From contig JAADVB010000196.1 in the NCBI GenBank assembly GCA_023334545.1, positions 1-36,579 of the forward strand: DNA of 36,579 nt, read 5' to 3'. The stretch is from Salisapilia sapeloensis CBS 127946 (lineage: Eukaryota > Protista > Oomycota). Of this stretch, positions 19,601-31,513 are shown piece by piece. The notes under the pieces were generated by a model, which was given only the letters and a program-made list of their open reading frames with translations, was not told the DNA's origin and searched no databases. Both the position numbers and the translations under genes were made by a program. Positions within the stretch are counted from its first letter, which is position 1. Each line of letters begins with the position of its first letter.

Positions 19601-20944
19601 GCTGCAGAAAGCTCTCGATTGTCCGATTTGCCATTAGAAAAGAAGATTCGCTTTACTTTTTCCTCGCCCAAGTTGCTGATCAAGCTATCAACCAAAGTGT
19701 CAACGATATCCGTATCGAGTATTTTTGTAATAAATGCGTCAACTGCTTCGATAGGATTAGAAGTATGGTATAGTGCCATGACCATGTTGTAAGCGCACTG
19801 ATCTGGTGCCTCCAGTTTTGAAAGCGCATTCCCGAGCTCTACGGTAGAAACTTGGTCTGTGTTAGTCAACTCATGGAGGAACCAGGCCTTGGTGTAGTAT
19901 CTTGACTGAAGTAGAACCCTGGACATTGCGTCAAGCTCTAGAAATGCCATGACATGGTGCCAGATCTCCTCGCTTTCCACTGTCGTAAATGCCGAAGCAT
20001 AGTGTACCAAATTTCGACAGATTTCCTTCACAGCCACTTCCTTTGCCTCTTCCTCCGTAACAGGTTTAAGGGATGCATCGGTCTTCTTATTGTCTTCAAG
20101 TGACGCCCCAAGACACTCGAGTAGCGATTTTCGAAGTGTTGTCGAATCTTCACGATTAAATAGTTCCTGCAGAGCTTTTCGTAGACTGACGAACGGAATA
20201 TTACAAACAACGTGCTTGACCTCGTCATACGATAGCAATTTCACCTGCTCCGCTGAGGTGAGACCTCCTTTTGCTCCCATCATACGCTCCAGCTCTTGAG
20301 CACGGCCAAAGTAAGTCTTGCGTGAGTAAAAATTCTGAACTAAGGAGGACATAGAGCTATTTGGATCTGGAGCTGTATGGTCGTGGGGCAAGTAGATACA
20401 GCTCTGTATTCCATCGTAGAGTTTAGATAGCAATGAAGCATAGGCACCCAGTAACCCAGGCATCTTGTTCAGTGTGGCACATAAAGCGGCAGCCTCGACG
20501 GCGTTTGGACGACCCGCTAGAGTCGAGTAGGAGGTTTGAATTTCATTCAATTTGTGTTCCGTAAAGAGCGTAAAGGAAGCAAACTCCTGCTTATCATTTT
20601 CATACGTCTTCAACCACTTCATGACCACTTCATCACTATCTACTTCGGCACGTAGCTTTTCCACTTGTCTCAGATTGAGCTTTTGAAGTGTGCTGTATGC
20701 GCCGTCGTACTCATTGATTGATAAGAGCCGCTGGCGAAGATACTTTCGTTTCCGAAAACCCTACGATTAATGTCGATGAGAAGTATTGAAAATAGTACGA
20801 GTGGAAATTACACACTGGAACAGGCGACTGTGGTACATCCACTTTGGATGCAGTTATGCTGGGCTCGCGAAGCCAGTTCGACTTGGGCGTCGAAGGCTTT
20901 TGAGGATTAGATGGTGGATGCGATTTACCTGGCGGCACGGTCAT
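16603..20944 (-). CDS. Large (about 1430 aa) hypothetical protein with a C-terminal EF-hand; 2 exons (20944-20816, 20760-16603)
   Basis: The 1353-aa track ORF extends open upstream to an AG at 20761, and a 55-nt intron joins it in phase 0 to MTVPPGK...SPVP. EF-hand loop DVNGDGQLTSAE. The N-terminal helical region loosely resembles TSNAXIP1-N (low confidence). Confidence 0.8.
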
Positions 20945-21116
20945 TGCTACGTGGCTGTTCCTTTCATGAAACTGAAGAAAATGTGTCATGAACGTCATCA
21001 AAATGTTATTTTTGGCAGAGCAATAGGAACGCTGTAGATAATAAACGGCGGTTCTGTAGGATGTGTCGATCTGTATTTGGTGACTGCTTTCGCGCTAGAG
21101 ACGTTCGTATCCAAGT

Positions 21117-21678
21117 CTACTCTTTCACGTCTTCTGTGAAGTCTTCGTCAAACTCTTTAATCACATCTTCCGGAGCTTGCACAATCTCCACGAAGGCAGG
21201 AGCGTCACACAAATTGAACACTTCCATGCTCTTTTCGCTTGGAGGAACAACGAAAAGGTCATTGCCATCCGGGCCTTGCTCAATTTCGCCAATGGGGACG
21301 GAAGTATTCTGAGCGACGAGGAATTCACGCACTTGTGGCAGTCGGTCGACCCACAAACTGATAAAATTCGGTTCTTCAAAACGGTTGCGAAGAGACCTGT
21401 TCTTAAGATCCTTGCGCGGCAAGTCCTCTCGGTTTGGGTAGTCCCAATCAGACACTTCTACATCCCGAATGCCGACAATACGAAAAGGTTTATCCGATGC
21501 CTTCTACTCCAATTATGACTACGTATCCAAACTATGATTCGCAAGCAAGTCATACCTCTCCGTCCATAGACTCAAAGTAGATTTCACGCATGGCCTTGTC
21601 TTCTCCAGCTCCATTGGTAGAAGCGAAGCGACACAAGTTCGCGCGAGGTACGAGTCCTCTAACACTACGTCGAAGCAT
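21117..21678 (-). CDS. Hypothetical mitochondrial-targeted protein, 169 aa, 2 exons (21678-21556, 21503-21117)
   Basis: A 52-nt GTATGA...AG phase-0 intron. The N-terminus MLRRSVRGLVPRANLCRFAS is Arg-rich with no acidic residues, typical of a presequence with an R-2/R-3 cleavage site. Confidence 0.7.
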
Positions 21679-21797
21679 GGTTTTCTATGGCTGCTAGTCG
21701 ATGTGCATGTATTCGTTTTACAAAACGAATATAAGTTCAATGACTTTTGTGGAGGCGCTCTCCAGCGCATAAAAGTATCTCCAAGTGGTTAAAAACG
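21679..21797. promoter_or_regulatory. Inferred bidirectional promoter (119 bp) between the mitochondrial orphan gene and THOC5
   Basis: Divergent ATGs at 21678 (-) and 21798 (+). Geometry only. Confidence 0.45.
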
Positions 21798-23962
21798 ATG
21801 GAGGGAGGACCGCTCGAGCAAGTGCAGACGACTTGCGCGTCGTTACGCGAGCTACTGCAAGATAAAAAGACATCGACAGGGTCGGAAGAGAAGCGTTGGA
21901 AGGCGTTGACGCTGCTGACGAAGCTCAAGGGACAGCTTCGGCAGACGTACTTGGACGCAGATGAACGAAAGGAACAAGTCCAGGAGAAGAAAGATGTGGT
22001 GGAACGACACCAGTTGCAATTACAGAACCTCATGTACGAAAAGGACCATCTCTTGCGTGAAATTCGCCGCTGCCGTGGCTTCAGGTATTGTTCCTCTTGA
22101 CTTACCTACATGATTCTATCCTACTACTTATATTCTATCCTTTTCTCCATGAACATATACTGATAATAATAATAGTACAAAGGAGATGGACAAGATCGAA
22201 TTTGAGGACGCTCGCCAACCGATTGAAGTAGATGAAGCTGCTCATCGAAGACAATTGGATCAATTGACGAATGAACTCAAGGCACGAAAAGAGTACGTAG
22301 CAATGCTTTTGTACGTCTAAACTGTGCATCTCACGTATCAATAGCATGCGTGTCCAGTATCAGAAACTACAGGAAGATGTCCTTGCAGCTGACTCCTCTT
22401 CCACCAAGAAGCAGGCGTTCCTGGACAACCTTCGCAGCGAAATCGCTTCCATTGAAGAAGCGTCCAAGCCGCTGCAAAAGTATATGTCGATCCCCGCGAC
22501 AGACACGCTCACGCTCCAGAGGTCCGCCAATAAGCTCCCTGCGCCTCTCTATTCGCTCTACTGTGAGCTAGAAGGCTATCAGCTTGCTAGCAAAAGCGCC
22601 ATCAAGCTTTCCATCGTCGATGCAAAAGGTCTTAACCACTCAGCTACCGGTCGCAAACGCCACTTTCCACCTGCTCTATCAACTGCGACAAATCCGTCTC
22701 CGAAGCGTGCCAAAGCCATGTCCAGGTCTCCATCGGCAAACCCGGAGAAGACGGAGGAACGCGCCCCATCTCGCTCTCCATCGTCCCGTCGGTCTAAGAC
22801 TATAGAGGAAGGAGAAGAGAAGGCATCTCCAGCCAATACGCAAGAAGACGTGACGTCTGAAGTCGTCCAAGAGATACCAAAAGAAGATGTGACGGATATT
22901 CAGTCGGTCGAACTGTGGGAACCTAGTCCGAAGGCGCTGAAGATGAAACTTCCGCTGACTCTGAGCGATGCATTGGACACGACGAAGAAGCAAGAGCATT
23001 CCTTTAGTCTTATTTTCGAGTTCTTTCCAAATGTTCGCATCGTGACCGTGAACGTCCTTCCGTCTGGAAGCAAGAAAGATGAACTCCCTCGTCGAAACAT
23101 GCTCATGAACCTCTTCCCAGACGACACAGGCGACGTCGTTCCTCGTCTTGATGCCAACTATGAACTCTTGGACGACGGTGAGTTGGAATTTCCTTCAGAC
23201 GCTCTGCCTCGTCCGTACTACTGGGTCCAGTGGATTTGTGGACTGTACCCGATGAAGCGCTTGAAGCATAATGAAGACGCGAGACGACCAGAGCCGTCTG
23301 TGCGGAATGTTATAAGCCAATTGGTGGATAGACTGACTGCTCAGGTGCATCTGCATGCTCATTTAAATCACTTGAGTCAAAGCTCTAGCTCCGACCGTCC
23401 GTCGCGTTCGGATCCGGTTCTTGTCCATCCGCAAGCAGTGTCCTTCTTCCCATCCGCAAGTGATGCCAAGTTGGATCAATGGAAGGAAGTAACGCACCAA
23501 TCGGAAGAGAATCCGTTCGAGCCATCGGACGGTCATTGCCTGGAGCTCCCAACGACTGGATGTCGTCTCTTCCGGGCAGTGTTCAAGAACGACCACGCGA
23601 CCGTGTCTGCTACGGTGGAAGTGTCATGCGAATACCCAGCACGAGCTCCTCGTTTCTTGTTCCAGCCGAAGAAGGCGACACTGGTCGGGGATAGTGGGAG
23701 GCGACCGGCCTTTGAGAATGCGCTGAAGGAGGTGGAAGTAGAGGTGAACAGCCACTATGATGAGCTGGTCACGAAAGAGAGTGAACACTTTATGCTGATG
23801 CATCAACTGCGTAAAGTTCAGACGTGTCTGGATGTCTTGACGAAAGCGACGGAAGAAGAGTTGTCTGGAAACGCGCTTGGCTTTGGAAGAGATCGACGAG
23901 GCAAAGACCGTCGCCGACCAATTGTCACGAACGCGGGTAGCAATACGATGGAACATCGGTAG
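21798..23962 (+). CDS. THOC5: THO complex subunit 5; exons 21798-22084, 22176-22292, 22345-23962
   Basis: LQLQNLMYEKDHLLREIRRCRGF, H..QLDQLTNELKARKD, LPAPLYSLYCEL, RPYYWVQWICGL and V...YP...PRF match FMIP/THOC5. Introns of 91 and 52 nt are GT-AG and frame-consistent. Confidence 0.9.
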
Positions 23963-24396
23963 GAAATGTAATCGTGAATGGACGAGGATGCAGAATGACT
24001 AGATCTCTTTTTCAGACCGCTGTACTTGCGAACCTTCCGAACTTAGCCTTGAGGTTATACATTCATATTTGTCGCTTCCTTTGTAGTACCAAAGAAGGGT
24101 AAAGCCTATTTGCATCCTTACCAAAGCTCTGCGCGTAGTCAAAGACTGCTTCATGCGGTTTATTGCATTTGGCTTTTGTCACGTTAAATGGGAAGTGTTT
24201 TGGAGTAGATGCGACAGTTCTATGGCTAATCAGATCCTTCTCGGATTAGCTTGTAGCAAACGCAATCTAGTGCATGCAGACTGAGATAACGAAAAGAAAT
24301 GCTATACATATAGCTCATCAGCATGCTGTTTCTCTTTATTACACAGTAGATAAGAGCACAAGAACTTTTGATAATACAAGATGATTTTATCAATAT

Positions 24397-24869
24397 TTAC
24401 GAAGATGTTTGCTTCTTCTTTGTGAGTTGAACTGTTTCTCGCTTCAGTACATGCAATAAGGTTTGCGAGCTTTCGAGAATCTGCGAATATCGAATAGCAT
24501 TAATCAATGGCTCTCTACCAAGCTATGATACAGAGGTGATTTCGTCATACCTTCATGTACGCGCCCTCCGTTTCTTGAATAGTTCGATCATACTCATTTC
24601 TTGCCTGAGTTTTACGAGCAAGTGCTTCATTTATCTTACTCAACCTGTCCGTGAGTATAGTCAGATCCTGCTTGTTCAAAGGATATCGTGAGTTTCTTCT
24701 TGCAATTCAAGAATTACGTATCACCATTCTGTACCTTTTGAATTTTTGCTTTCTCCTCTTCATCTTTCAGCATCGCTCGATTCACTTCCTCTCGTTTCTC
24801 GCGGAGATCCTCAATGCACTTGACCAGCTCATTATTGTAGTTTTGCAACGTAGCACCTTGCTGGGCCAT
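24397..24869 (-). CDS. SSNA1: SSNA1/NA14/DIP13 centriole and microtubule coiled-coil protein, 111 aa; exons 24869-24735, 24667-24551, 24480-24397 (absent from the ORF track)
   Basis: Spliced product [111 protein letters not shown]. Phase-0 GT-AG introns of 67 and 70 nt. Confidence 0.95.
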
Positions 24870-24925
24870 AGTGTCCACGAATCGAGCAGGTGGAAACTTG
24901 GATTACGACTAGACTTAAACTACGA

Positions 24926-25553
24926 TCAAGTGGAGCTCGTTAGCAAAGTCGCGAATGATCGATGTGCAGTAGCACGCAAATAAGCACGGCTTGCTGTTAA
25001 GGCGCTTACAGACGCCTGTTCACGTTTCGCTTTCTTCTTCCAGCAATTGGTTTCATACGCCTAAAATTAGTTTTACACGGCGGGACTAAAATAGACGATT
25101 GAATACAATGGAAGTAGCAAACTTGCTTGATTCAAAACTTCACGTGTTTCAAGAAACAAAGATTTTGCCTAATTAGCAGTATGCCATTTGAGACTTTTCT
25201 GGCGTCGTCACGATAAGCACGTTAGACCTGCGTCGAATGTGTTGGAAGCTGGCTTGAGTCGCACCTTCGCCAAGCGCCTCAGTGCAAGCAGCAATCGGAA
25301 GACCTTGCTTGTTCTTGTCTCCTTTGTGCTTCAACAAGTCGGAGATTGGAGTAGTCACATGGTCTAGTTGGTCCCGTAACCACTCTAGAATTTTTCGCTT
25401 TCCGCGTGTATGTTGTGCTTTCATTTGGGTATTATGGAAGGATGTCAAAGCATTGTGAAGTTGCTGAACTTGTTCAGGGCAGAGTGGCATTAGAGGCGAT
25501 TCATCTTTAGATTGAGCTTTCACTTCATCAAAAGTGGTTTCTGAGCTTGCCAT
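24926..25553 (-). CDS. Hypothetical protein, probably 3 exons (25553-about 25212, 25168-25127, 25060-24926)
   Basis: The 126-aa ATG ORF can be spliced in frame to AKSLFLETREVLNQ and AYETNCWKKKAKREQ...SST*. The second intron would need a GC donor (GCAAGT). No family recognised. Confidence 0.35.
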
Positions 25554-27725
25554 CCTTTGTGTCTGATTAAAATGTCACTTGAGAACTTGGCTGACACTTG
25601 CTTAATGAGCCACAAGGTGCGCGTGGAGAAGTGGCATAATTGCCATGGAAAGGTAGTATCATGCCCGATTTTGTGTAAATAGAGCGTTATGGAGACGAGA
25701 TACGGAACCATTAGAACCAAAAGTTCCATCCGACCTTTGAAAAGTGGAATGCGGCGATCTTTACGCTGGGGTTGAGTATTAATGACGAAGGTTAGTCCAT
25801 ATTGCTCTACATTTAGCCCGAAAAGATCGACTTGAGACCGGATACTGCAGACACAAAATTTGTTAGCCTTCTCATTCGAACGTGAGGTCATCACGTGCGA
25901 TCAATTTGTGTCCAGGAGAAAGCGTGGTAAAAATGAATGATCGACAAAAATAAAGGCGAGCAACGAAACGCGATATACTTGCTTTTTCATGCGCTTCGAT
26001 GAAAGTGTGCACGGTAACACACCGTGATAAGCGACGGAACGACTTGCGCTATCGTTCTCGCGCTGATCTAGAAAATATCCTTCGAAATGGAAGGGTAAGT
26101 AACCGCGACTGTCCCAACAGTCAGCGATGATGCTTCGCTGTTCTGGCTCAATGCCAATACCTTTCTTTTCGATCCCTCAAAGACACTGAGCATACTAGCC
26201 AGAAAGACCTCATATAGTCACGGAGTATAAAGTCTCTTTAGTGAAGGTGGTAAAAGCTGATATGAATTAACTATATTATCGAAAATAAACTTTAACTATA
26301 TTTTCTTCTAAATTACCTGTACCGAGATACGTCCGGCGATTTTCCCTCGAAACTCAATCGCTGGGCTTTAAAAGGAGTTACTTTATGCACTGAACAGATA
26401 GCTTGGTGGATGCAGCTAGCTGATGCGACAATATATAACTGCACCTGCGCGCTTCCATGCGATCACCCACTATCTAGGTGTATCCGTGGATTGGTTTGAT
26501 ACAGTATCTTAATGGCTGGAAACATTTATCCATGCTTTGGTTTAGCAGTCGTCCGAAGGCACCATTTTCAATTCCGATCGGTGGATACCACAACTCACTT
26601 CCAGTTAGACCTACAAGTACCAGTCTCGATGTTTTCATCAAACTACCAAGATACGATCGCGCATCATATTGTGCCTATCAAAAGGAACCCTCTCATGCTC
26701 TTCCAGCTCTTCCACTTTCCAAGTATTTTCAGGCACGTGAGGAATTTGTTCTCACACCGACAAGTGCATACGCGACCGCCAATTCTTTCGTGCAGAAGGA
26801 TAGAAAGACAATCACGAATTTCAATAGCATGCTTGGAACGAGAATCCGATTTTGATCATCGTGGCTCCGAAATCGCAATTATTCTCGGGTTAGAGCCTTT
26901 TGGATTGTGCGCATACTGCTGAATAAAAAGCACCGAAGACTAAGCGCCTATTCATCTGATGGAAGGATGGTAGGTGATGAAAAATGAAGATTTATTAGCC
27001 TGCTGTCCCATGAGGAGCATCATGGGCAGAGTTGACGTTGCCGACAGCAATCAACGCGATCGCGGCCGTTTATACGTGAAAACACTTGCTCGAAGAAGAG
27101 CAACGCGTGGTATACAATGTATATAGTTTAACACTGCAAAGAAAACATTCATATGCACGAATTGGTTTTCATTGTGCCTTTTATAACGACTTATTTTATA
27201 TGCGGTTGACACGAGGATTAATGAACACAAAGTCGTCTTAGATAACAGTCGCGAGATCAGATAACAATAATATAGTTTGCTTTTTGATTACCTATGAAAG
27301 TCTAAAGCAGAAGGACCTTGAAGATCCTAGATGATGGCTTCATACGAAGCCTAGTGTTGAGTGCAAGTGAGGGTGTACACACTACACTTTCGTCTTTCTT
27401 TCAATTTGAGTTCAGTTCACAGCAACAGTAATCCACATTTTCGCATATCCGCCCCGTGCATGTCAGTTGCAACCGCTCATTAATAGAAGCATTCAAGTAA
27501 TAAGTTACTGTTCAAGTGTGTATTGATAGAGAAACAGCTTCTAGTGTTCGATACTCCATCTTCTTCTCCGTCGGAAGGGTAAGAAGGGTCGGTTCAAGAC
27601 GAGCGGTCATCACGTACACCATCAAACCTTTTGCAGAAAGAAATCAAGTCCTTCTCAATCAACGGCACGCTATCAACCATTCTCAAACTTTCAATCAGAC
27701 CACTGTACCCCATTCCGAATTTAAA

Positions 27726-28052
27726 ATGACTCGCAAGACTTCTGTTGTCGCAACTGACCGTATCGATCGCCTCTCCAGTGACGATGAAGATAAAGATGTG
27801 CAGAAGAGCAATTCGCCCTTTAGATGGCTTCGCCGAAGCTTTTCAAGAAAGTCGATATCGGGCTCAGCAAATGTCCCAGCCCGTCCAACTCTCCGTCGTC
27901 AATGTCGTACAGAGATAAACTTGGAAGAAAACGAGACACCTACTAGTATGAACCGGAGAAAGAGTACTGGATTCTTAGTGTTCACTGCTGGTACTAACAA
28001 GGAAGAGCTATATACTAGTTATAGCGAACTTGCCAAAGCAATGGACGAGTAG
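27726..28052 (+). CDS. Small hypothetical protein, 108 aa, Ser/Arg-rich with many RxxS motifs
   Basis: ATG at 27726 in an aaaATGa context: MTRKTSVV...WLRRSFSRKS...FLVFTAGTNKEELYTSYSELAKAMDE*. The track's GTG extension to 27516 looks non-coding. Confidence 0.55.
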   Translation: MTRKTSVVATDRIDRLSSDDEDKDVQKSNSPFRWLRRSFSRKSISGSANVPARPTLRRQCRTEINLEENETPTSMNRRKSTGFLVFTAGTNKEELYTSYSELAKAMDE

Positions 28053-31000
28053 ATATTAATTTACACAGAGTTTGTTCAAATGCAAGTATATACCATTCTA
28101 ACTCAAATAGCTTTGTAAGCTAATACATTTCTTTGAGTACTTTTAACTCATTAAAGGCGTATGCTGCACTAAGTCGAAAGATGGCAACTTTCGGTACATT
28201 TATGAAAATGACGTAGGATGAGAAATTGCCATTGGTACTCCTACATGATGTTGGGCAAATGACACCACAACCATGTATAATCAGGCTTACCTCTCTTCAT
28301 TCATGGATATGGCTGAAATTGGGTAGCAAACTTACCATCTTTGGCTACGTTCTTTATTTCGTAAGTGAACGACGAGCATGGTTGTGCTATACTCAATATC
28401 CTAAAGAAACCACACTTCGGCTAAAAGATATTATTCAAAAATAGTTTTTCTTGTTAAAGATGGCATGCATAACTAGTAGCGTCATGTAATAAACCAACTG
28501 ATTCAGTAGTGCTATAATCACATACGAGCATTGAACAATACCAAAACTATACAAATCTCAAGGAAATGTACGACACCGAATGTTTAAACTATCTGCCTGA
28601 GCTGCCCACAGGATATATATGTCTTAGACCCAACATCCATTAATTTATTACTCAGGTTTTTAAAGAGAAATGCCTTTATAGCTAATTTATCTTATTTTAA
28701 AATTAGTGGAGTGAAACAGGAAGACAGAAACCTGCACTTGGACAAATGGGTCGAGATTTAGGAAGATTTTTCACCTCCGCTGAATGGACCTACTTATCAG
28801 CCTTATTGTACTTCTACTACTGCTCGCTTGATTTTGATTTAATGCATTGCCAGTATGTACGCGACGTTTCATATTGATAGCCCAAATAAAACGAGAACGG
28901 ACGTAACAAGTTGATTTCTTTTTATATTGTATACGAAGCGATTTACTGTGAATAGAGTCACTCTAACTCTCCTATTCCATTAGCATCGAAGCAATAATAT
29001 GAATCATTCGCATGTATTCCGCCTTTAGGTTAAAAGGACTAAAGTTTATAGCCTAATACCAACAAAGGAGTTTGCCCCAACAACTATGAAGAATTATAAA
29101 TTACTAAAAATAATTAAAGTTCCAGATGGTTGATCAGGTAGATTTGGTGATATATAGTTTCCTTTTGGACAAGCTCATGCGTACCTGAACCAAGCGAATC
29201 CATTGTGCACTAAATTCGCTTTTGACATGACCGAAAGACATTGTACAATATCGTTCATGTTTGCAGGAAACTAAGACTGCATGAGTGCTAGTACTTATTC
29301 GTTGGAGCTAGTTGTAAGCAAAGGTTATTAATAATTTTGGGTTTGGGTAGAAAGATGGATCTATGACGTATCTGAAGTAGGATCATGCCGCATGAAAATT
29401 CTAGACATGGGCTTTCTGATGTCTTATGGCCCAACTGGGAGCGTCGACTACATATTCAACTATGTGTCTGCCAGAACGAAACAATGGACTATCTTGTTCA
29501 CCGATCTGTTTTATCGTCCTATTATAAGCATATGTTCTGGGCTCACTCCACTTCACGTGTCTATTTGGCAAGAAGACAAGAAACACTTCCTCTTACAAAA
29601 TCTTCAGTCAAGATTTACTGTGTACGATTGCTCACTTTCGTATTTCATAGCGCTATGCTTGCATCCTCGGATTGATGACCCAGTACTCTTATTCGGCATG
29701 CAAACCAGGATTACGCAAACGCTTATATCCAGCTCTGCTTTCCATCATCGACGACCTTATCAACTCATAAATGACGTGCAGGCCGAATCGTCCACTTTGC
29801 CCTACTATTGCCTTTTAATTTTTAGCATTCTTCGCTATTGAGAAAAGGAGTGGTGCGCTTGATAATTGCACAAAGCTATATTCTATGTATCGGAAAGAAG
29901 TGGTACGCGCATGCTGCATGAATGCAAACTATATATGTTAGGATAGCTAAGCTAGCGTTTACGTAAATACAAACATCCTTCCTATACAAAGCGAGTGCAT
30001 GTCCAGTCATACCAAGACGCGAAGATGAAGATGAAAAGAAGACAAGCACAGCAGGCTAAGGACTATCAAAAGCTTTTGCTCGGATACTTTCTAACGAGAA
30101 ACTTACATATAACATACGCTCACAAAAACATCACATCAAATGGTGGATTAAAGCATATTGAGAACCTTTCGAATCCCACGAGGCCTCCCCACTGATTTCA
30201 TACAAGTCAGCATTGCTTGCTTTGATCGCCGCGGTAAAATGTAAATTGACACTGCTTAAATATCAGTCAACGCCCAAAGATTTACAAGGCAGACAATATA
30301 TATCATGCTTTCGCTGCAGTGGTGTTCTTGAAACATCCATCCAAATCATTTTTCTAGTCTGAATGGAACAGTGATATATAGGTAAATGCTGTCACTGTCG
30401 CTCTTTTCATACCCAAAGTCGGGCTTGACATTTACTTGCGATATGCACAGCGAATGGACAGTCGCAATCCTCCAGCAAGTTTGAAGTTTCGTCATTTTGC
30501 AATCTATTTCCAGCACGTCTTCTAGCAGGGCTTCAACTTGGCAGAGCCACGCACCGATCTTCCTCTCACGAACACGACCATGCCAACGGATATATCATGA
30601 ATCCTCCAATAGCATCGCGGAATCCACGAAAGCGGGTCGTACCCAAAGCTTGCGTTACCATGAAACTACCATTTTTATGAGCTCGTAAAGGAAGCGTGGC
30701 CAATCGATAGGCAGAATTTTAAATCCTAGATTTCATAGGTATCCGTTGTAAGTTCAGCCCTGTCGCTTCAGCATATAAAAATGCTTTCCATTTATGGTCC
30801 ACTGGGTCGTTTCGGGCAAAGCTACCAAGGAGTTGGACAGGCTCACTTCTCAATCGTCCGTCCACTAAATACGTCTTAGGATCAAGAACGTATTCCGAAC
30901 ATCGTCATGGCTTGCACCACACTTTCGAACGCTTCGCTCTCTGAAACTAACGCCAAGGTTTCATTCGAGCAAGCAAGAGTAATTGCACCCGAGGTATTCA

Positions 31001-31513
31001 TCCCAAACACATCTCGCACACACACGGATCCGGTTTCGCCAGTGCTTAACAAAGTCTGTGAACGGAAGCGATATTGTCAAGTTCGTTTCCGCAACGCGGC
31101 TCTGCAGCACAAGTGTGAATCAAATATTGAGGCACTAGCATACACCGCATCGGCAGACACGCTAAGCAATAACGCACTCATCGCTAAGAAAGCACTTCGA
31201 TACCGCAAGCTTCTTCCTGCTTGCTAATTTTAATCGGCCCCATCGCCATTTAAGCACCAAGTCGAGCGAATTATAAATGCGAGCACGGTGCCTGAAGAGT
31301 ATGTCAAGTTGACGTAGTCTTTCCATGTAAATTATCCAAGTATAGAGTCAAAATGTTAAGTTCATATCGACTTCATCTCTTGCCTCATTTCTTCTGTATG
31401 GAAAACCTCTTGCGAGAATGTAGAGTTCGCTTTATCGGCATATCGACTTTTTGGATCGAAAAGAACAGAGAGTCGTTCGATCCATTTTTAAACTGTCTTC
31501 ATATTCTACAGGC

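Noticed and set aside
24651-24983. 110-aa hydrophobic plus-strand ORF
   Set aside because: Antisense shadow of SSNA1 coiled-coil exons.
26478-26922. Overlapping 125/136-aa plus-strand ORFs
   Set aside because: No motif, non-ATG starts (GTG and likely TTG) and no splice support.
27677-27725. Oomycete INR/FPR-like core promoter motifs (CCATTCT...CTTT, CCATTCCGAATTT) upstream of the 108-aa ORF
   Set aside because: Short degenerate motifs with imperfect spacing; not distinguishable from chance without TSS data.
29385-31227. ORFs 29385..29675, 29392..29841 and 30907..31227 as genes or transposase remnants
   Set aside because: No DDE, RT, gag or other recognisable motifs by eye.
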